Positions 62,253 to 64,000 of a stretch of DNA of 64,000 nt are shown here, in pieces (the first letter of the stretch is position 1; each line of letters starts with the position of its first letter). The notes beneath the pieces were generated by a model. It was given only the letters and a program-made list of their open reading frames with translations. It was not told where the DNA came from and did no database searches. The translations under genes were made by a program, and so were the position numbers. The stretch spans positions 146,570,001 through 146,634,000 of the forward strand of contig NC_058368.1 in the NCBI RefSeq assembly GCF_018350175.1, read 5' to 3'. The stretch is from Felis catus (Eukaryota).

Positions 62253-63469
62253 GTACGATGTTTGAATTTCTAAAACTTCATTGGAACTAAGGAAATTGAA
62301 GAAGGACTGGGAGCACGTAGGAATAGAGCACATTTTCATTCTTGTTTGGATTCCAAACAGCAGCATTTAGTTTAAATGACCGTATGATTGTGGTAAAATA
62401 AGCTTAAATTAAAGTGGAAAGAGAAGGAGGAGTGTCCAAATGGTTATGCAGGTTAGACATTTCTTTAGTTAATGGCAGGTTTTCTTTCAGGCATGCTGCT
62501 GTTGGACTGTTTCCAATACACTTTTAGAGCCTTAAGAATAGAAAGCTGTAAGGGTGGTACCTATTCTTGTGAGAACTTCAGGTAAAATGCTGTGATGACA
62601 AACCACTATGAATCCAAGTGCTGATAAACACCCAGAGCTCAACTAAATAGTGTAAACTAGCCCAGGAGGGATTCTCATGTTTTACGTCTTCTTGTGGTAA
62701 CTTTGCTACACTAATATTCAGAGCAATCATATATTCATTCAAGCAATCAACACATTAAAAAAACCACCTACTGTATGATAGGTACTCTGTTAGTCATTAG
62801 GGATATGAAACCAGGTAAGATATAGACCTTACTTCAAAGATGTTTTGAGTCTGATTGATTTTGGCACTATCATTTCTCACTAGGCATGAGTCAGAGGTTC
62901 TTAAAGGCCAGTGTGAGTTCAGTAGTGGCAAAATCACCAGAGGGTGATTTTAGTAAACAATGCAGTTTTACTATAAGACACATGGAATAGAAGTTTCTGT
63001 GAATTGAATATTGAATTGGCTTGTACTTTTAATTTTGGATGGGTGCATGTGAAAAGAAGAATCTCAGCTTTCTTATGTGTAGAATAGAGGTTAGACTATT
63101 CTGGTCCCTGGTCCCTTCCAACATTAAAATTCTATGATTCTGTGTTTCTGTGAGTTGAATAAACAAGCTCAGAGACTGAAAACTAGAAACTAAGTAGCTT
63201 ATATTTTCCTAATGCCCTGACAAAACTTGAATAAGAAGGCCAACTTGCCAGAAGGCTGCTTAAGTGTGGTTTTCTAGCATCTTACCATTCTTATTATAAC
63301 TACCATTTAAGAATGGTAAATGTATTTTCTAAATTAGAACTTTGGATTTGAACAATTTCCATTTTTGTATAGGGACAAAGGGAAAACATCTACAAAATCC
63401 AACCTATGAAATACATATATCTCATAGGTTGGATTTTATGGATATATATGCTATATATATATATACTGA

Positions 63470-63730
63470 ATTTTTTATATTAAATATAATTTATTGTCAA
63501 ATTGGTTTCCATACAACACCCAGTGCTCATCCCAACAGGTGCCCTCCTCAATGCCTATCACCCACTTTCCTCTCTCTCCCACCCCCATCAACCCTCCGTT
63601 TATTCTGTTTTTAAGAGTCTCTCATGATTTGGCTCCCTCCATCTCTAACTTTTTTTTTTCCATTCCACTCCCCCATGATCTTCTGTTAAGTTTCTCAAGA
63701 TCCACATATGAGTATATGTATCTGTCTTTT
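63470..63730 (-). mobile_element. 5'-truncated feline-type L1 3' UTR in intron 5
   Basis: aatttattgtcaaattggtttccatacaacacccagtgctcatcccaacaggtgccctcctcaatgcc...ctgttaagtttctcaagatccacatatgagt. Confidence 0.85.
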
Positions 63731-63783
63731 GATTAGAGACATACAGATACATACAGTATCTGTCTTTTGATTACAAAATATGG

Positions 63784-63787
<4 letters not shown>

Positions 63788-63823
<36 letters not shown>
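63788..63823. repeat. (TG)n microsatellite
   Basis: Directly visible. Confidence 0.92.
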
Positions 63824-63826
<3 letters not shown>

Positions 63827-64000
63827 GAATTCGAATGTTTTTGTTTTAGTACACAAAGTTGAAAGAGAAAGACAAAAGAATCAATATAAATACTAATTTA
63901 AGCACTGGCTGAAGTTTCTGTCAGCAGAGTAATAAAGCTTTTATTTGTTTTATAGAAGAAATTTGACAGTTCTGGAGGATATTCAGCATCTTTACAGTGA

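Larger units (their letters stand above)
41590..64000 (+). other. VCAN: versican gene, 5' portion (exons 1-5; continues beyond window)
   Basis: Spliced exons translate to MLINIKSILWMCSTLIATHALHKVKVEKSPPVKGSLSGKVNLPCHFSTMP...[17 protein letters not shown]...[13 protein letters not shown]...[11 protein letters not shown], the versican N-terminus (signal peptide, Ig, Link). Start coordinate is inferred from the TATA position. Confidence 0.98.

Overview
This is mammalian DNA from a felid, judged by about 20 feline-type Can-SINEs and a feline-type L1 3' end. It contains the 5' part of the versican gene (VCAN, + strand). Bases 1-41 kb are repeat-rich intergenic sequence with SINEs, old L1/L2/MIR, LTRs, MER102 and a strong CTCF motif. 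These are followed by a CpG-island/TATA promoter (~41.0-41.6 kb) and non-coding exon 1 (ends 41879). The coding exons are exon 2 (ATG at 53488, signal peptide), exon 3 (58312-58689, Ig domain), and exons 4 and 5 (61865-62039, 62125-62252, first Link module); the gene continues past the window. All splice sites are GT-AG and phase-compatible. The other listed ORFs look like repeat-derived or chance ORFs. I found no convincing new multi-gene system. The best leads are regulatory or structural: a start-stop AUG-UGA as the only uAUG in the 5' UTR, a TSS-dependent triple-ATG uORF, an apparently mutated TCF/LEF site, a weakened p53 element, a MYC-like promoter G-quadruplex, a second promoter-like island in intron 1, two intronic hairpins, a SINE with a multiplied B-box and a twin-primed L1. 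Repeat family names and human comparisons come from recall and need confirmation by alignment.
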